Source: a bacterium (GTDB lineage Bacteria > Zhuqueibacterota > Zhuqueibacteria > Residuimicrobiales > Krinioviventaceae). From it: a stretch of 64,000 nt of DNA. Location: positions 4,352,001 to 4,416,000 of the forward strand of contig OY843751.1 in assembly GCA_963693055.1 (NCBI GenBank), in the 5' to 3' direction. Shown here piece by piece: positions 9,553 to 20,271 of this stretch (its first letter is position 1; every line of letters begins with the position of its first letter). The notes beneath the pieces are model-generated. The model was not told the origin of the DNA. It searched no databases and was given only the letters and a program-made list of their open reading frames with translations. The position numbers and the translations under genes were made by a program.

Positions 9553-10455
9553 TTATCGACCATCATATCCAAATTCTTTGAGAAACGTATCCTTTTTGCG
9601 CCATTTCTCTCGCACTGCCACCCACAACTCGAGGAAAACCGGCCTCCCTATAAATTCTTCTATTGCAATCCTCGCATCCTGGCCCAGGGATTTTAACGCT
9701 TTGCCGCCCTTGCCAATAATAATACCTTTTTGTGAAGCTCGCTCTACCACGATTCTGGCCTTAATCACATCTTTGCGCCCCTCTTTTTCCACAAACTCGT
9801 CAATCACTACTGCCGTGGAATAGGGAATCTCGTCACCATATTGCTGAAAAATCTTTTCGCGAATAATCTCGCTTACAAAAAAGCGTTCAGGATGTTCGGT
9901 AACCTGATCATCAGGATAAAAAGGAAAACCTTCCGGTAAATATTTCAATATGGTCTTTTCAAGGTCTTCCACATTATCACCCGTCAGAGCAGAAATGGGT
10001 ACAATATCTTTAAAACTAAAGATATCTTTATACTCATCAATCAATGGTAAAACTTCCTGGGGCTGGGTGCGGTCCATTTTATTGATCACCAGCAAAACAG
10101 GTTTTTCAATTGATTTCAAATAACTGAGTATCTCTAAATCACGGTCTTTGGGTTTTCTTCCCGCTTCAATCAGAAACAATACCAGGTCCGCATCCCTGGT
10201 TGCATTATGTGCGGATTTGACCATATAATCGTGCAGTTTGTATTTGGGCTCCATTAATCCCGGGGTATCCAGAAATACAATCTGACAACCCGGTTTGGAT
10301 AAAATACCCAAAATACGGTGCCGTGTGGTTTGGGGTTTAGCTGTAGTAATAGACAGCTTGAATTGCAGTAAATGGTTAGTCAGGGTAGATTTACCCACAT
10401 TGGGTTGCCCCACAACCGCAACATAACCCGCTTTAAAAACATTTTCATTCATCAT
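9553..10455 (-). CDS. era: GTPase Era
   Basis: GQPNVGKST, QTTR, DTPG, NKMD, KH domain GIIIGKGG. Confidence 0.97.
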   Translation of the reverse strand: MMNENVFKAGYVAVVGQPNVGKSTLTNHLLQFKLSITTAKPQTTRHRILGILSKPGCQIVFLDTPGLMEPKYKLHDYMVKSAHNATRDADLVLFLIEAGRKPKDRDLEILSYLKSIEKPVLLVINKMDRTQPQEVLPLIDEYKDIFSFKDIVPISALTGDNVEDLEKTILKYLPEGFPFYPDDQVTEHPERFFVSEIIREKIFQQYGDEIPYSTAVVIDEFVEKEGRKDVIKARIVVERASQKGIIIGKGGKALKSLGQDARIAIEEFIGRPVFLELWVAVREKWRKKDTFLKEFGYDGR

Positions 10456-10910
10456 TAAATATAAGCATCCAGTGTGTGATATTCGTCAAGTTTGTCCAGC
10501 AGGTCTTTTCCATCAGTAAGCTTTAAATTATGATTTTGACATCCATTCCGGGCGCAGGCTTCCACACGTCCTCCATGCGGAAGATAAACACCGCACATAC
10601 TTGAACCGCATTCATCGCACACAACATGGTCCAGAATCAGTGTGGTGCCGCAAGTAGGACAAAAGAATTCTACCGTTTCACCATCCGGGATGTCAATCTC
10701 GGACACATTTTTAAAACTCCCATAAACAGGATCAAGATGGATCATACCCGCTACATCTTTGTATTTGACCTTGACAGTAATTGAGGCATATCCATTTATC
10801 AAATGGTCCGTATCCATCAGGTTGTGCCGGTTTGGGCACATTGCATGTTGAATTCGCAGCGATTTACTGGGAATCTCGATGGTTATTTTTTCCTTTTCTC
10901 TATGAACCAT
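10455..10910 (-). CDS. Cys-rich hypothetical protein (zinc-ribbon-like)
   Basis: CPNRH, CPTC, CDEC, CARNGC; translationally coupled to era. Confidence 0.75.
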   Translation of the reverse strand: MVHREKEKITIEIPSKSLRIQHAMCPNRHNLMDTDHLINGYASITVKVKYKDVAGMIHLDPVYGSFKNVSEIDIPDGETVEFFCPTCGTTLILDHVVCDECGSSMCGVYLPHGGRVEACARNGCQNHNLKLTDGKDLLDKLDEYHTLDAYI

Positions 10911-10914
10911 AATT

Positions 10915-12273
10915 TCACCTCAGGTGTTCTCGGGTTTCTTTAATTATTATTCCACTCAAAGCCAGCAAACCAATCAAGTTCGGGATTGCCATCAAACCAT
11001 TCATAATATCGGCAAACGTCCAAACCAGGTTTACTTTGGTAATAACAGCGCCAACAAATACCATAATACTAAACAAAATACGATAAGGCATTACAGACCG
11101 GGCGCCAAGTAAATATTCAAATGATTTCTCACCATAATAACTCCACCCTAATATAGTGGAATAGGCGAAAAAAACCAAACCAAAAGCAACTATCATACCG
11201 CCAAACTTTCCGGGCAGTGCAGAACTAAAAGCCATTGAAGTCAGTTCAGCTCCGGTAGCACCGCTCGTCCAGGTGCCGCTTGAAAGGATCACAAAACCGG
11301 TAAGCGAACAGACGATAATGGTATCAATAAAAGTCTGAGTCATGGATACCAGCGCCTGATTCACAGGAGTTTTCGTCTGGGCTGCCGCGGCCGCAATTGG
11401 TGCGCTACCCAATCCGGATTCGTTAGAGAATACGCCGCGTGCAACGCCCCAGCGAATAGCCTCGCGAACCATTGCGCCTGCAAAACCACCTGCAGCGGAT
11501 GCAGGTGTAAAAGCATTACCGATAACCATTGTAAAGACTGATGGTATAGCTTTATAATTAATTATTACAACAATCAAAGAACTGAGCATGTATAACAAAA
11601 TCATAAACGGAACAATCACCGCGGTCGTACGACCTATACTTTTAATACCGCCAAGCAGTACAAGTGCGGTTGCTAAAAATAAAACAATTCCCACATGATA
11701 ATGACTGATTTGTGGAAACACAGCCGTAACTGCATCTGCAACAGAATTTGACTGAACAATATTTCCTATTCCAAAGGCTGATATAGATGCAAACAGAGCA
11801 AACAATACTGCCAGCCACTTCCAGCCCAGTCCCTTTTCAATATAATACATGGGACCGCCGCGCATATTTCCGTGCTCATCCACTTCACGATACTTGACAG
11901 CCAATACGGCTTCACCATATTTGGTAGCCATACCAAAAAGGCCGGTCACCCACATCCAAAACAATGCACCGGGACCACCAGCGGTAATGGCGGTTGCCAC
12001 ACCGGCAATGTTTCCGGTACCCACGGTAGCAGCAAGTGCGGTCATTAAGGCCTGAAAATGGCTGATATCGCCTTCAGCATCTCCCTCTTCACGACGTTTG
12101 ATCAATGCCATGTGCAATGAATATTTCAAAGTCGTGAACTGGAGCCCGCCCAGACGAATAGTCAAATATATTCCCGTACCCACCAGCAAGAGAAGCATTG
12201 GAGGGCCCCAAATAAATCCGCTTACCGTTTCAAATATGGATAATAATTGTTCCTGCAAATCAAGCTCCATCAA
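10915..12273 (-). CDS. sodium:alanine/glycine symporter (AGCS family)
   Basis: [43 protein letters not shown]. Confidence 0.95.
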   Translation of the reverse strand: MMELDLQEQLLSIFETVSGFIWGPPMLLLLVGTGIYLTIRLGGLQFTTLKYSLHMALIKRREEGDAEGDISHFQALMTALAATVGTGNIAGVATAITAGGPGALFWMWVTGLFGMATKYGEAVLAVKYREVDEHGNMRGGPMYYIEKGLGWKWLAVLFALFASISAFGIGNIVQSNSVADAVTAVFPQISHYHVGIVLFLATALVLLGGIKSIGRTTAVIVPFMILLYMLSSLIVVIINYKAIPSVFTMVIGNAFTPASAAGGFAGAMVREAIRWGVARGVFSNESGLGSAPIAAAAAQTKTPVNQALVSMTQTFIDTIIVCSLTGFVILSSGTWTSGATGAELTSMAFSSALPGKFGGMIVAFGLVFFAYSTILGWSYYGEKSFEYLLGARSVMPYRILFSIMVFVGAVITKVNLVWTFADIMNGLMAIPNLIGLLALSGIIIKETREHLR

Positions 12274-12281
12274 TAGCTAAA

Positions 12282-13712
12282 CTAGTAAGATTTTCCAACC
12301 AGCACACGCTGTTCAGAAGGCTTGCCGCAAACAATACATGATCCGCTTTCTTTTTCTCCATCCACAGGAATCAATCGTATTGTAGCTTTGGATGTTTCCT
12401 GAAATTTATTTTCACATTCCGCTGAACCACACCAATGCACCCAGAAAAAACCGCCCGGATCTTCGATGCGTGTTTTAAATGCTTCAAAATCATCTTCATT
12501 AAATGTATTTTCTTCACGAAATTTCTTTGCACGGTTGTACATGTCTTTTTGCATCTGTTCAAGTTCAGACTGAATATGCTCCAAAAGTCCATCTTGCGAT
12601 ACAAAGGTCTTTTCACCGGTATCTCTACGCACCATCACAACCTGGTTGTTTTCAAGATCTTTGGGGCCCATTTCAAGACGGATAGGCACACCGCGTTTTT
12701 CCCATTCATTGAATTTAAAACCGGGGCGGTATTGATCTCTGTCATCAACTTTAAAACGGATTTTACCTTTCCAATCCGCGGTCAACTCTTCAATGCGTGC
12801 TTTTAGATTGGCCATATCCTCATCAGATCGCCAGATCGGGATCAATACCACTTCAATCGGTGCCAGGCGAGGAGGAACAACAAGCCCATTGTCATCACTA
12901 TGGGTCATAATCAATGCACCAATTAATCGGGTAGATACACCCCAGCTTGTTGCATAAACATGCTGCTGCTGGCCATTCTCATCCTGAAAGGTTACATCAA
13001 ACGCTTTGGCAAAATTCTGTCCCAAATTATGTGAGGTACCTGCCTGCAGGGCTTTTTTATCCTGCATCATGGCCTCAATACAATAAGTTTCTTTGGCGCC
13101 GGCAAACTTTTCACTGTCTGTTTTAACACCAACCAATACAGGCGCTGCCAAATATTCTTCAGCAAATTCACGATACACATCGATCATTTTCAATGTTTCT
13201 TCCTGAGCTTCTGCTGCCGTTGCATGCGCAGTATGGCCTTCCTGCCATAAAAATTCAGTGGTACGTAAAAACAAACGGGTCCGCATTTCCCAGCGTACAA
13301 CATTGGCCCACTGGTTGATCAAAATTGGCAAATCACGATACGATTGTATCCATTTTTTATAGGTAGACCAAATGATGGTCTCTGAAGTTGGACGAACAAC
13401 CAGCGGCTCTTCAAGCTTTTTGCCGCCACCATGTGTTACAACTGCGGTCTCGGGGGCAAAGCCCTCAACGTGTTCTGCCTCTTTTTTCAAATAGCTTTCC
13501 GGTATAAACATGGGGAAATACGCGTTCACATGACCGGTTTCTTTGAACATTTTATCGAGCTGCGCTTGAATGTTTTCCCATAGCGCATACCCGTTGGGTT
13601 TGATCACCATACAGCCCTTGACAGCGGAATGTTCTGCCAGGTCTGCGGCTTGAATAACATCAAGATACCATCGCGAATAATCTTCTGATCGTTTGGTTAA
13701 ACCTTTTGCCAT
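12282..13712 (-). CDS. proS: proline--tRNA ligase, archaeal/eukaryotic type
   Basis: [36 protein letters not shown]-terminal Zn domain ending KSY. Confidence 0.97.
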   Translation of the reverse strand: MAKGLTKRSEDYSRWYLDVIQAADLAEHSAVKGCMVIKPNGYALWENIQAQLDKMFKETGHVNAYFPMFIPESYLKKEAEHVEGFAPETAVVTHGGGKKLEEPLVVRPTSETIIWSTYKKWIQSYRDLPILINQWANVVRWEMRTRLFLRTTEFLWQEGHTAHATAAEAQEETLKMIDVYREFAEEYLAAPVLVGVKTDSEKFAGAKETYCIEAMMQDKKALQAGTSHNLGQNFAKAFDVTFQDENGQQQHVYATSWGVSTRLIGALIMTHSDDNGLVVPPRLAPIEVVLIPIWRSDEDMANLKARIEELTADWKGKIRFKVDDRDQYRPGFKFNEWEKRGVPIRLEMGPKDLENNQVVMVRRDTGEKTFVSQDGLLEHIQSELEQMQKDMYNRAKKFREENTFNEDDFEAFKTRIEDPGGFFWVHWCGSAECENKFQETSKATIRLIPVDGEKESGSCIVCGKPSEQRVLVGKSY

Positions 13713-13743
13713 AATACATCTTCCTGATTTCTGTATATATTAA

Positions 13744-14604
13744 CTATTCCTGATTACAATGATCTATAACGCGTTTTGCATTCACATAGCATAAATTCTG
13801 ATCTTGAATGCCTTCAAAACAATACAATTCTCGAAATGTTTGAATGCGGCCATTATGCTTTTCAATCACATCCACCAAAGCGCCATGCGGACAATGCAGG
13901 CATGTATCACTTTGATTCTCAAAACGGGTAGCCGTTTGCCGTGCTACCAATGCACGGCTGTTGTTCCAGGTTTGCTTACCGGATCTGTACTCAAAATCTA
14001 CATGCCAGATCTTGTCGAACAATATTCTACCCTTGTCCAGAGTAAACTTGCCTTTGGCTTCAAACTGGTCACCGGCAGCAAATCTTAACCGGTCTTGCTG
14101 GCCCGGAGAAATATGAACATAAAAAAAGTCATCAATTCCGGTTTGGCCAATAAATCCATTTTGAATGATCAGCAGATAGCCATCAAGTCGAATCTGGCCA
14201 CCTTTACCATAAACCTGTTTCTTGAATCTGGGTTTAATTGTCACAATTTCACACCAGATATCCATTTCACGATTCTGGTATTCGTTCACCCAGTCATTAA
14301 ACTCTTCAACCTCTTGCAAAAACAACTCAAACTCTTGTTTCTCTACTTTGATGCGAGGTTGATAGTTTATTTTTTCATCCTCATAGTGCGCGCAGCCTTC
14401 ACACAATCTTCCAACATAATTATAACCGCGTACACAAGATTTTCCACGGTCCTTGAGTCTGCACGACCATTTAAAAATAATACAGCCCTGGGGATAACAT
14501 TTTTTCTGCTGCATAACATGATACGCTGAGACCCGATGTTCAAAACGCTCATGTCCTTTGTAATTACATATAAATATATCAGTTCGTTTTAATGGATTTC
14601 TCAT
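13744..14604 (-). CDS. Cys-rich hypothetical protein with a central beta-rich (OB-fold-like) segment
   Basis: Cys/His clusters at both termini (CNY..H, CYP.GC, CEGC.H, CLHC, LYC). Confidence 0.7.
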   Translation of the reverse strand: MRNPLKRTDIFICNYKGHERFEHRVSAYHVMQQKKCYPQGCIIFKWSCRLKDRGKSCVRGYNYVGRLCEGCAHYEDEKINYQPRIKVEKQEFELFLQEVEEFNDWVNEYQNREMDIWCEIVTIKPRFKKQVYGKGGQIRLDGYLLIIQNGFIGQTGIDDFFYVHISPGQQDRLRFAAGDQFEAKGKFTLDKGRILFDKIWHVDFEYRSGKQTWNNSRALVARQTATRFENQSDTCLHCPHGALVDVIEKHNGRIQTFRELYCFEGIQDQNLCYVNAKRVIDHCNQE

Positions 14605-14737
14605 AAACGCTCATAAAAATATTAAATAATATAATTACACTGGTATTGATAAGCAAGAAAATAATATGGGATTTACGGCATGCAATGAATTGGATATATT
14701 TCAGAATAATTAAAAAAAAGGCGCTTAAAAAAACGCC

Positions 14738-15226
14738 TTATTCTTTTTCTAATTCGAGAGAATCAGCTATATCGATAGGTGGACGTGTGGGTACGTCTCT
14801 GCCCTCAAGGTAGATTTTCTTTTTGTATAAAATACTAAAATTCTCAATATCATTTTGATCCACAAAAATAAATGGGGTGATCTGGTTTTTCCCTGGTTTG
14901 AAATGCATTCCCCCCACATTCACTTCTTTGATATCCACGCCGGCATTTACCAGATCTACAATTGTTTTCGGTGAATCAACCAGCATTAAAACACGCTCCT
15001 GCACAAATTCATTTGCATTCAAAGCATTTATGGTTTCTTCAAGCGTTAAAACAGATGCTGCAATTTCCGGGGGAACTGCAGACAAGTAAATTTTCCGCTG
15101 CCAATCGGAATTTGCGACTTCATCGCTGCACAATAAAATCCGTTGCGGTTTCAAAACATCTCTCCAGCCAACAACGACCTGGCCGTGAATCAGTCGGTCA
15201 TCAATTCTTACCTGTACCAGTGGCAT
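14738..15226 (-). CDS. PTS mannose/sorbose-family EIIB
   Basis: RIDDRLIHGQV, NVGGMH. Confidence 0.95.
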   Translation of the reverse strand: MPLVQVRIDDRLIHGQVVVGWRDVLKPQRILLCSDEVANSDWQRKIYLSAVPPEIAASVLTLEETINALNANEFVQERVLMLVDSPKTIVDLVNAGVDIKEVNVGGMHFKPGKNQITPFIFVDQNDIENFSILYKKKIYLEGRDVPTRPPIDIADSLELEKE

Positions 15227-15260
15227 TACTTACTCTCCATATTCTGTTTATTTTTCATTA

Positions 15261-15647
15261 TTATTTCAATGTTGTTATACCGCGCAATCCATCATTTATT
15301 ATCTCTTCTACCAGTTCATCCAGAGAATAAGTTTCTCGTTTGGTAACAAAAGATAATATCATGGGTAAATTCACGCCGGAAACAACCCGAACATTCTGAT
15401 AATTCATTGCAATACCTGCTGAAACATTCCAGGTACTGCCACCTTTAAGGCAAGCCATAATAACCAGGCCATCCTGTTGCTCGTGTGGTGCTTTGACAAT
15501 TGCCAACAGTCGGTGATTAATTTCTTCCAATGTCATATCGGTCACTGAAAGTGCGTGCAAGCCTTCGTCCATTCCAATAATATTACGGACCGCTTCTATC
15601 AACGCGCTTCCCATGGGTCCATGTGTAATTAATGCTGCATGTTTCAT
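15261..15647 (-). CDS. PTS mannose-family EIIA
   Basis: LITHG, GGS, SGVNLPM. Confidence 0.9.
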   Translation of the reverse strand: MKHAALITHGPMGSALIEAVRNIIGMDEGLHALSVTDMTLEEINHRLLAIVKAPHEQQDGLVIMACLKGGSTWNVSAGIAMNYQNVRVVSGVNLPMILSFVTKRETYSLDELVEEIINDGLRGITTLK

Positions 15648-15655
15648 AATTTAAT

Positions 15656-16633
15656 CTAACTCCGGTTTTGGTTTTGCATCTTTTGGATCAATCGCTCATT
15701 AAATTCCTTGGCCGGATGCTCGCCATGTTGCTTGAGTTGGTGATTCATTGCTACGACTTCTGCTATTACCGTAATATTCTTACCCGGAAAGATTGGAAGC
15801 TCTACAAGAGGCAGTTCAACATCAAGAATTTTTACGGTCTTGTCTTCTACTCCTGAACGTTCGTATTCGCGGTTTTCATCCCATAATTCCAGTTTAATTA
15901 CCACATCAATATTTTTATTACCGCGAATCCCTCTAATGCCAAACATTCTGCGCACATCAATAATACCCAAACCACGTATTTCCATATGGTGGGTCAATAT
16001 TTCACTTGGGGCTCCCTGCAATACATTTGTAGCCATTTTGGTAATGTACACAGCATCATCTGCCACAAGCTGGTGCCCGCGTTCAATCAGGTCAAGCGTC
16101 AACTCGCTCTTTCCAATAGCACTGGGACCGGTTATCAGCATACCTACGCCATATACATCGATCAAAGATCCATGCACCAATATATATGGGGCAAATGTGC
16201 GATTAAGATATTCACTGAGATAATACGTAACAGTAGTCGTACTAAGGGGGGTTGAAAATATGGTTATGGCATTGTTATTGGCTATTTCTACAAGTTCATC
16301 CGGAATGCGGTTGTCGTTGGTTACAATAATACAGGGCAAATCAAAGCCCAAAACTGTGGATATAGCGTGCATTCTGGCTTCTCCGTGCAGGGTATTTAAA
16401 TACCCAATCTCTGTATTCCCCATAATCTGGAGTCGCCAATATGTAAAAACTTCAACAAAGCCGCTAAGAGCTAATCCCGGTCTGTGTAGTTCCTGCTCTT
16501 TGATTTTTCGAATAAAACTGGCTTCGTTATTAATGATTGATAATGATAATTTTTCTGAATTATCAAGATACAACTCTTCAACTGTAATAAAAGGCCTGAC
16601 TTTGGGTTCACTATCAAGAATGGAATCAATCAA
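15656..16633 (-). CDS. hprK: HPr kinase/phosphorylase
   Basis: RPGLAL.G, HG.L.DVYGVG, GPSAIGKSE, LVADD, MEIRGLGII. Confidence 0.96.
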   Translation of the reverse strand: MIDSILDSEPKVRPFITVEELYLDNSEKLSLSIINNEASFIRKIKEQELHRPGLALSGFVEVFTYWRLQIMGNTEIGYLNTLHGEARMHAISTVLGFDLPCIIVTNDNRIPDELVEIANNNAITIFSTPLSTTTVTYYLSEYLNRTFAPYILVHGSLIDVYGVGMLITGPSAIGKSELTLDLIERGHQLVADDAVYITKMATNVLQGAPSEILTHHMEIRGLGIIDVRRMFGIRGIRGNKNIDVVIKLELWDENREYERSGVEDKTVKILDVELPLVELPIFPGKNITVIAEVVAMNHQLKQHGEHPAKEFNERLIQKMQNQNRS

Positions 16634-16684
16634 CGCTTGTACATCTCCATTTAAAATGTGCTTTATTCAGCCGGGCGTAAACGC

Positions 16685-16714
16685 CCCTGGCAAAGACCCT
16701 GGTCTTTGCCAGGG
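16685..16714 (-). terminator. 14-bp-stem hairpin between hpf and hprK
   Basis: ccctggcaaagacc-ct-ggtctttgccaggg; no strong U-tract, so it may be an RNA-stability hairpin. Confidence 0.5.
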
Positions 16715-16719
16715 TATCA

Positions 16720-17040
16720 TTATTCTTCAAACTTTTCTACAATTTTCTCTTTGTCAAAATGCCTGGTTTTTTCTTTATATTTTACAATGTTCCGTTCAAG
16801 GGTATCCACCGCCAGTGTTATGGATTTATACATATCCTCGCTGCGGGTCACTACCGGTATACGGGTGCCGTACACCTTGGCAATTATTTCAGCAACTTGC
16901 TCCTGCTTAATATAATCCAAAATTATTTCTACATCAAGTATTCCGTCATAATACTTTTTTAATCTCGTAACTTCTTCAGTCGCGAATTCTTTTAATCGGT
17001 CCGATGGCTTAAAATGCCTGGCAGTGAAAGAAACTCTCAT
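16720..17040 (-). CDS. hpf: ribosome hibernation promoting factor, short form
   Basis: MRVSFTARHF, SEDMYKSI..AV..LER. Confidence 0.9.
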   Translation of the reverse strand: MRVSFTARHFKPSDRLKEFATEEVTRLKKYYDGILDVEIILDYIKQEQVAEIIAKVYGTRIPVVTRSEDMYKSITLAVDTLERNIVKYKEKTRHFDKEKIVEKFEE

Positions 17041-17115
17041 ATGTTACCTCCTTAATTTAATATAAATAATCAAAAAAAACAAATTGCCAGACGATTCAAA
17101 TCCTCCTATTTTAAT

Positions 17116-18051
17116 TTATTTTTCATTAGCCCTGGGATGGGCCTGCTTATAGATACGTTTCAAATGTTCGGCTGAAACATGTGTGTAAATCTCTGTAGTC
17201 CCTAAATTTGCATGGCCCAACAATTCTTTAACAGACATTAAATCTGCTCCTGAATCTAACAAGTGGGTTGCAAATGTATGCCGCAATGAATGCGGATGCG
17301 CTTTTTCTGTATCTGCTACTTTTTTAATATAATTTTGAACAATTGTTGCGACTTGCTGTCTGGTAAATGGCTCCTTTTCCTCTTTAACAAATAAATAGCG
17401 GTTATATTCCGGCTTTACAGACGCTTGCACTTCAATTTGCTGTAAATACCGGCGTATATCCTCAATTACTATACCGGGCAGGGGTAAAACTCTTTTTTTA
17501 TTACCTTTACCTAATACGGTGAGTGTGCCGTTATTCAAGTTCACATCACTTGTTTTGATATTGATCAACTCACTTACGCGGATGCCTGTAGCATAAAACA
17601 ACTCTAGTATCAAATAATCCCGCAATCCCTCAAAAGTTTCAACATCCGGTAAACTCAACAATGCCTTTATTTCCGATTTTGTCATAAATGATGGCAGCTT
17701 TTTATCCAGCTTGGGAGAAGCAATGTTAGCAACAGGATTTGCCTCAAGCACTCCCTTTCTAACCAAATACCGGGAAAACATCCGTAACGCGGAAAGTTTT
17801 CTGCTGGTACTACGTGCCGTATATTTTTCTTTCAATAATTCAGACAAAAAACCCCGTACCACAGACTTGGTCAAGTGATCTGTTGCAAAAAGTTCGTCCG
17901 TTTGATAACGCTTCTTTAAAAAACTGACATAATGATTCAAATCACGTCTATATGCTGCAATTGTATTTGCAGAACTGCGTCTTTCAACTTCAAGGTGTTG
18001 TAAAAATTGCGGGATCCAGTTTTCTAATTTTTCTTTTTCCATCGTCATCAC
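17116..18051 (-). CDS. xerC: tyrosine recombinase XerC
   Basis: S.NT..AY.RD, YATGIRVSEL, GKG.K.R, HPHSLRHTFATHLL, LLGH....TTEIYTH; follows topA. Confidence 0.9.
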   Translation of the reverse strand: MMTMEKEKLENWIPQFLQHLEVERRSSANTIAAYRRDLNHYVSFLKKRYQTDELFATDHLTKSVVRGFLSELLKEKYTARSTSRKLSALRMFSRYLVRKGVLEANPVANIASPKLDKKLPSFMTKSEIKALLSLPDVETFEGLRDYLILELFYATGIRVSELINIKTSDVNLNNGTLTVLGKGNKKRVLPLPGIVIEDIRRYLQQIEVQASVKPEYNRYLFVKEEKEPFTRQQVATIVQNYIKKVADTEKAHPHSLRHTFATHLLDSGADLMSVKELLGHANLGTTEIYTHVSAEHLKRIYKQAHPRANEK

Positions 18052-20231
18052 TTTTCGCTGATCACCGAAATAAACTGGTCATCGTATAGATGATTACATT
18101 TAGGGCATTGATAGCCTTTGTGGTCCTCTGTCAAATCGTGTTCGACAAGATACCGGTTGCCGCAATTACGGCACAACATATTTACCGGTTTTTTCCACGC
18201 GGCAAAAGAACAATCAGGATACCTGCTGCATCCGTAAAACAATCGTCCTTTTGATTGCCTTTCTACTACTTTGCCGTCACATCCGTCAACAGGGCAAGAG
18301 ATGTTGAGTGTGTAGGCTTTGGTAAAATCACATTTAGGATACCGGGTGCAAGCCAGAAACCTTCCATATTGTCCCTCTCTGACTGTTAGCGGTGCTCCAC
18401 AGATCTCACATATTTCTTTTTCTTCTTTATTATCAGCCTTATATATATAAACGCAGCTTGCAGGGTAATGTTCACAAATTATTTTATTATCGTCACCGTG
18501 TAGCAATTTGCCTCCGCACAACGGACAAGCACTTTTCCCATCTGCGCCAATTGTTACAGGGGCTTGAACAGAACCACCATGTTCAAAAAGTTTACTGTAA
18601 CTGTTTATAAACACCTCTATTGTTTGTTTACCAGACGCCACAGTTCGGATCGAATTATCCAGCTGCAAAACTATACCGGTATTGATATAGCCTGAATACT
18701 TTAATAACAAGGCATTTATGGCATAAAATCCCTTCGCTGAAGGATAAAGTCCGGATCTCTTTCGTTCAAGCATTTGAATTGCAAAAAGCATGCCCGAATG
18801 ATATAAATATTCATAAATAGAACCTGTCCCGGATGCCAGCCACAAGTGCAGCATTTCAGGCTCTGAATATCTATTTGATATTTCGGATTGATGGGTTTGA
18901 ATGTCAAAATCTACAACCTCAAGCTCCTTACCCGTGTTCCAGGTATCTGGTATTTTTACAACCTCACGAACATTAGATTTTTCAGGAAGAACCTGTCGAA
19001 AGCCCCGAAACAGGTCTGTTTCATACTCGTACTCGCAAATACAAGGGTCTTCTTTATCATCACTGACAGAGATTGTAGTAATCTCTGAAACGGATTTTGA
19101 CATTTGTGAAGCAATATAACGATGCCAAATCATAGAATAGATGTCATATTGCTGCTCGGTAAGGTGCTTTTTCAGTTTGCGTGGAGTCATCCGCAAATCA
19201 AGGGGACGTATAGCTTCCCCTTCCGGATGATGACGGTTTTGCTTATATGCGCTTTGCGGTAGGTAATCTGTTCCATAATTGTTATAAATATATTCCCGAA
19301 GCTCTGCAATACTTTCGGGCTTTACAAAATCGGAAACTGAAAGATAATACGTTATCAAGCTAATGGGCTCATCGCCCCCCATTCTCACACCTTTGTACAA
19401 TTTATCAAGAATCTTGACGCTATGGGCTACAGAGTGCTTGAAAAACTCCTGGGCATCTGCCAACAAGGTCTGCGTTGTATAGGGCTTTGGGGGTGGTGTT
19501 TGGTTTTGCCGGGTTTGAATATTTCGGATCTTAAACTCACCATTCTTGACTTGTGATACCATGGCTTTTGCAAGCTGTACATTTCGCACATCCTGCTCTT
19601 CTTTACCAATTTTAACAATCTGAAAATCTAGATTCTTTTTCCCTCTGACCTTGAAACGTACTGAAATTTGATAATGGCGGTGTACCTTTTCGCTTTCAAC
19701 CTCGGTCTCTTTTTCATATAAAAAGCGTAAAAGCAGGGCCTGCTTAATGTGGGTAAGCTCTTTTATCCCCTTAACGGCTTTTATTTTTAAAAACTCGTTG
19801 TGCAATAAACGGTTTGCCCAATAATCCGCGCATTCCGCATAAAACAAATCCGGAGTTACTGCTTTGATCTTTTTCAATTCATTGTTCAAAAACAGGGCCG
19901 TATTCTGATACATTTTGACTCTGACGATCTTTTTATAAGTACCGTCAAACAATAACGCAAGTAATCCCGCTAAAAAATCACTATCATTCCCAGGATCCAC
20001 AACCAGAACAATTGTATGAAAAGCTTGAGCAAAATCAAAAAGGGGGTTGAATATATCTAATGCCGATTCAAGCAACCGGACGGATGAATTCGAAAAATCA
20101 ACATTCTGTTGAATAAATTCATTACGATTTATTTTTTTCAAAAACTTGTAATCTTGAAAAACCGTAAATCCATTTATTGTCAACAGATCATAGCGATTTT
20201 TAGAATCAACTACAACAAGCGTTTTTTGCAT
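18048..20231 (-). CDS. degenerate DNA topoisomerase IA (TopA-like) with C-terminal zinc ribbons, probably catalytically impaired
   Basis: Collinear with TopA (PP.PYTT.TL, LY.G, LITY, EAIRP, IW.R..ASQM, GRFL.C.RYP.C) but most catalytic motifs are substituted. Confidence 0.85.
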   Translation of the reverse strand: MQKTLVVVDSKNRYDLLTINGFTVFQDYKFLKKINRNEFIQQNVDFSNSSVRLLESALDIFNPLFDFAQAFHTIVLVVDPGNDSDFLAGLLALLFDGTYKKIVRVKMYQNTALFLNNELKKIKAVTPDLFYAECADYWANRLLHNEFLKIKAVKGIKELTHIKQALLLRFLYEKETEVESEKVHRHYQISVRFKVRGKKNLDFQIVKIGKEEQDVRNVQLAKAMVSQVKNGEFKIRNIQTRQNQTPPPKPYTTQTLLADAQEFFKHSVAHSVKILDKLYKGVRMGGDEPISLITYYLSVSDFVKPESIAELREYIYNNYGTDYLPQSAYKQNRHHPEGEAIRPLDLRMTPRKLKKHLTEQQYDIYSMIWHRYIASQMSKSVSEITTISVSDDKEDPCICEYEYETDLFRGFRQVLPEKSNVREVVKIPDTWNTGKELEVVDFDIQTHQSEISNRYSEPEMLHLWLASGTGSIYEYLYHSGMLFAIQMLERKRSGLYPSAKGFYAINALLLKYSGYINTGIVLQLDNSIRTVASGKQTIEVFINSYSKLFEHGGSVQAPVTIGADGKSACPLCGGKLLHGDDNKIICEHYPASCVYIYKADNKEEKEICEICGAPLTVREGQYGRFLACTRYPKCDFTKAYTLNISCPVDGCDGKVVERQSKGRLFYGCSRYPDCSFAAWKKPVNMLCRNCGNRYLVEHDLTEDHKGYQCPKCNHLYDDQFISVISEK

Positions 20232-20271
20232 AAATATCCCTAAGAGCCTAAAAGGGGGATTTCAGGAGAAA

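Noticed and set aside
17116-18051. Phage or integron integrase
   Set aside because: Typical XerC length and topA-linked position; no IntI-specific insertion or att sites seen
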